A DNA stretch of 32,028 bases from Stramenopiles sp. TOSAG23-3 (lineage: Eukaryota): contig LT642219.1 in the NCBI GenBank assembly GCA_900128585.1, positions 1 through 32,028 on the forward strand, read 5' to 3'. The notes under the pieces are model-generated. The model was not told where the DNA came from, searched no databases, and worked only from the letters and a program-made list of their open reading frames with translations. The translations under genes and the position numbers were made by a program. This document shows, in pieces, positions 28,826 through 32,028 of the stretch (position 1 is the first letter of the stretch; each line of letters starts with the position of its first letter).

Positions 28826-31800
28826 ATGTCAAGTCTGGCTGTTGACAATGAAGGCACAAGCACGTGGGACCGATTCATGACGGAGGATGTATGTTTACTG
28901 GACAACGAGTCTTTTAAATGTGATAAAACCGGAAATTTTACTGAAGACCAAATTTTTCAAGTTCTAGCACCTTCAAGAAAAGACGATGTAATTAAAAAAT
29001 ATCGCTCCTCACCTATCCTGGTGAAAACAAAACTTGTCCCAATTGAAGTATTGAAAGAGATAGTAACCTGCGACATTGACCTGTTTGGGTTTTTAGTTGT
29101 ACAAAAAGGCGCGAACGTTTCTAACGATAGGCGTGAAGGGCTCAAACTAAAGTTTGGCGGAAGTTTTACTACTATTACACTACAACACCAGATGCATTTG
29201 GGAGAAACTGTGCTGGAAGTAAAAAAATTCAGTCTTTCTTCAGGAAACAAAACTTTAAGACCCCAAATGGACAAGTTAATAGAGGAACATTGGAAAGAGA
29301 AACAGACGTTTGAAGAATCACGTGAGCTAAAACTACAAATGTACAAGTGTAAAGACAGTCTTGAAATTATCAATTGGACGTGGGCAAAAAAAGGGGTAAA
29401 AAGAAGAAGATCACCAAGTGATAAAAGGGTCGGAAACCTAGCTGTTGAAAAAAATGCGGAAATTGCCGGTTCTTTAAATGTTCGTGGTGGTATTACAGGA
29501 GCTGTAATATCTACCGGTGGTGCTGATTTAGCCGAGTGGCGGCCCATATGCAACGAAACAAAGCTGTTAAAGGAAAAAATTGGAACATTACACGGTAGGG
29601 TCGTAATTCGGGCAAAAAGTGAATACACGATAATATTTCCCGATCACGTCGAAAGCTGGTACGAGGTTTTAGTTGTTTCCTCTAAACCTGGGGTGGTTAT
29701 AGGAGAACAGAACAAAGAACAGTTTCCAAATTGTGAGAGGATTGTTGTAGCCGGCTACGCACCGGTGTGTTTCATCGGTGATGTAAAAAAACACGATTTT
29801 TTAATGCCATCAGGAATGAATGACGGTACTGCAAAAGCATTGGGAGGGAATAATTCTTCTCTTCTTTTCGCAATGGCTGCCGAAGACGGAAATAATGAAA
29901 CTGGGATGGTTAATGCTCTGATATACAGTCGCCCGTACCCTCAACCTGCACGACCTGCAAGGTTGCATGATATCAGTCCAGACTTTGACTTAATTGTTAA
30001 AAATGTGATAAGAGAGATGAAAGAAGATTCTAAAGATGCCCAAAATTTGATTAGAATGCGTTGCGAAAATCTCAGAAAATTATCTCCAAAATTTTACCGA
30101 GAAACAATATCGGACATTTTAAAAACAGCTCTTGACGGCCCTGATCGTGGTAAATTTACAAGATTTAAAAAGGCCCTCACAGCGGAAATTCGAAGGGTAA
30201 AAGCTGTACCGACCAAATCGAGGCAAAGACGTATTAACCTGAGAAGTTATCAAAAGGAACTAGTTCGACGCGTAAAAGACCGTACTCGAAGTATAGTGGT
30301 TCTTCCTACAGGAACTGGGAAAACGTTTATAGCTGCTGAAGTGATTTACGAACGCCTGAAAAAAATGGAAGATAAAATAAGTATATTTTTATGCACCACC
30401 AATCCACTTCGAATGCAGCAGGAAAACGAACTTCGTGAGTATATATCCAGTCAGCACGATTATGATAAAAATATTCGAGTAGCATCACTTGTTAGCGAAG
30501 CTACGAACCAGCATGCTCTTGAAAACACAAACAATGCTTTGTATGTCATGACGGCAGGCGGCTTTGATAATGTAGTCGCGACAGAAAAACTGTTAAATCA
30601 TATCGATCTTATTGTGTTAGACGAAATTCATCATCTGGAATGCAACAACAAGAAACATCCTTACAATAAAATTGTAAAAACGTGGCATGATGTTGATTTA
30701 CTGGGATTAACGGCGACGCCGGCTGCTTCAATTACCGATAATTCAACGAGGAAAAGATTCGAATCGTTGTTGAAGTCATTTCATACAGATAATGATGGTT
30801 TCTTACAGGTAATCGAAGAGAAGGAAGATTTGAACAAATTTTGTAACAAAACCGAATTCACGACACAGCCCGTTGTGATGGATCCTGCCGATAAAGACTG
30901 TATTAAACTATTGGAAGAGTTTATTCGGGATTTAGAAATGGATCTAGAAGACAATATCTCTTTCAAGCTAGCATTTCCAGACGAAAAAGACGTGTACGGT
31001 TACCAAGTGAAAGTAACTGCGATGGCCAAGACAGTATTGGAAAAAATGAAAGGACACCAAAAGGCGATGCTATATCGAAGTCAGCTGATATTTTTATCCT
31101 ATCTTAGCGAAGGGCTCAGCTTGGTAAAGAATTTGGGGCATAAATATGCTCGTGAGCATATCTCAAGAAGAGGCAGAAGCTCAATTCTAACTGATGGAAG
31201 TAATGATTCTAAAGAATTTCTTGACAAAGTAGAAAGTCTATTGCTTGGGCTAGAGTCCGCTCAGAATGCAAACCCAGAATGTCAACATCCTAAATTTATG
31301 GAGATGAAAAAAACAATACTTTCCTATACAGCGCAGGCGGAGGAACACCGTTGCAAGGTGTTGGTATTTGCGGAGACAAGGAGAGTAGTAATGGAGCTGT
31401 CCTGCAGGATTAACAGTGATCCGGATTTTATATCAAACAATATTTGTTGTGATTTTTTGCTTGGTTCGTCAAGCAAATCCCACCCTGGTCGCCCGAATGG
31501 GCTTCAAATGTCTCAAGACAAGCAGTTACAAAAATTGGAGAATTTCAAGTACGGAAAGGTGGACGTGTTGGTCGCTACAACAATTGCCGAAGAGGGAATT
31601 GATATTACAAAGTGCAATCTTGTTATCCAGTACGATGTATCCCCCTCTGGGAAATGTTTACAACAGCGAGCTGGACGAGCTCGCGCATTGAACTCCGTCG
31701 TTCATTCCATTTACTTTGCTGATGCGTGCAAAAAGTTTGATGAAACCAAAGCATTGCATAAGTCAGAAGTGGAACAGGATAGAATGAACAACGAAATACA

Positions 31801-31930
31801 AGAAAGAGCAAAACCCGACCGCGGTACGACACGGTTGCGCGCCGAATTGACGGAAGCTGAGAGAAAGAAACACAAGAAGACATTAGAGAAACAGAAAAAA
31901 GGAGAAAGGGAAATCTCTCCTACGAAGTAA
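28826..31930 (+). CDS. RIG-I/Dicer-like DExD/H helicase with N-terminal unknown domain and Peptidase G2-like intramolecular-chaperone domain
   Basis: Helicase motifs: Q LRSYQ.EL, I LPTGTGKT, II DEIHH followed by HPYNKI (RLR/Dicer-typical), III GLTATP, PKF...IV LVFAETR, V VATTIAEEGIDI..CNLVI.YD, VI QRAGRAR. N-terminal GGADLAEW...VVSSKPGVVIG...VVAGYAPV..IGDV..HDFL.PSG..DG.A. First ATG at 28826. Confidence 0.9.
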   Translation: MSSLAVDNEGTSTWDRFMTEDVCLLDNESFKCDKTGNFTEDQIFQVLAPSRKDDVIKKYRSSPILVKTKLVPIEVLKEIVTCDIDLFGFLVVQKGANVSNDRREGLKLKFGGSFTTITLQHQMHLGETVLEVKKFSLSSGNKTLRPQMDKLIEEHWKEKQTFEESRELKLQMYKCKDSLEIINWTWAKKGVKRRRSPSDKRVGNLAVEKNAEIAGSLNVRGGITGAVISTGGADLAEWRPICNETKLLKEKIGTLHGRVVIRAKSEYTIIFPDHVESWYEVLVVSSKPGVVIGEQNKEQFPNCERIVVAGYAPVCFIGDVKKHDFLMPSGMNDGTAKALGGNNSSLLFAMAAEDGNNETGMVNALIYSRPYPQPARPARLHDISPDFDLIVKNVIREMKEDSKDAQNLIRMRCENLRKLSPKFYRETISDILKTALDGPDRGKFTRFKKALTAEIRRVKAVPTKSRQRRINLRSYQKELVRRVKDRTRSIVVLPTGTGKTFIAAEVIYERLKKMEDKISIFLCTTNPLRMQQENELREYISSQHDYDKNIRVASLVSEATNQHALENTNNALYVMTAGGFDNVVATEKLLNHIDLIVLDEIHHLECNNKKHPYNKIVKTWHDVDLLGLTATPAASITDNSTRKRFESLLKSFHTDNDGFLQVIEEKEDLNKFCNKTEFTTQPVVMDPADKDCIKLLEEFIRDLEMDLEDNISFKLAFPDEKDVYGYQVKVTAMAKTVLEKMKGHQKAMLYRSQLIFLSYLSEGLSLVKNLGHKYAREHISRRGRSSILTDGSNDSKEFLDKVESLLLGLESAQNANPECQHPKFMEMKKTILSYTAQAEEHRCKVLVFAETRRVVMELSCRINSDPDFISNNICCDFLLGSSSKSHPGRPNGLQMSQDKQLQKLENFKYGKVDVLVATTIAEEGIDITKCNLVIQYDVSPSGKCLQQRAGRARALNSVVHSIYFADACKKFDETKALHKSEVEQDRMNNEIQERAKPDRGTTRLRAELTEAERKKHKKTLEKQKKGEREISPTK

Positions 31931-32028
31931 ACGAATAAGAATTCTCAACATTGAACTGTAAGAACAAAATTTGGTTTAATATGATTTACGACCTTATAAA
32001 TGTTAAACTTCCTTCGTTCAAAAACAAG

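Noticed and set aside
1-32028. CRISPR arrays, tRNA/rRNA genes, transposase or reverse-transcriptase ORFs
   Set aside because: No regularly spaced repeats, cloverleaf/rRNA signatures or TE protein motifs seen by eye; a covariance-model scan would be needed to exclude small RNAs.

Overview
Gene-dense, intron-poor eukaryotic DNA: GC-rich ORFs separated by very AT-rich, low-complexity spacers. It looks like a unicellular protist, possibly a heterotrophic stramenopile (inference). Genes in order: aldo-keto reductase (broken frame), dephospho-CoA kinase/Nudix fusion, coiled-coil protein, Hook-family dynein adaptor, ankyrin protein, a SelW/Rdx-type selenoprotein with a clear SECIS that the ORF track mostly misses, a nucleoside-hydrolase-like protein, mitochondrial intermediate peptidase, C69 dipeptidase (two frame breaks), CS-domain protein, N-gap, a spliced ATG27/M6PR-like protein and a PDI-like thioredoxin. 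The most striking element is an AT-rich head-to-head pair at the right end: an Mx-like dynamin GTPase and a RIG-I/Dicer-like helicase. The helicase N-terminus carries an NLS-bearing domain plus a phage-tailspike-type (Peptidase G2-like) autocleavage domain in place of CARDs, which suggests a candidate protist antiviral sensor/effector cassette. All family calls come from motif recognition by eye; no database search was run.
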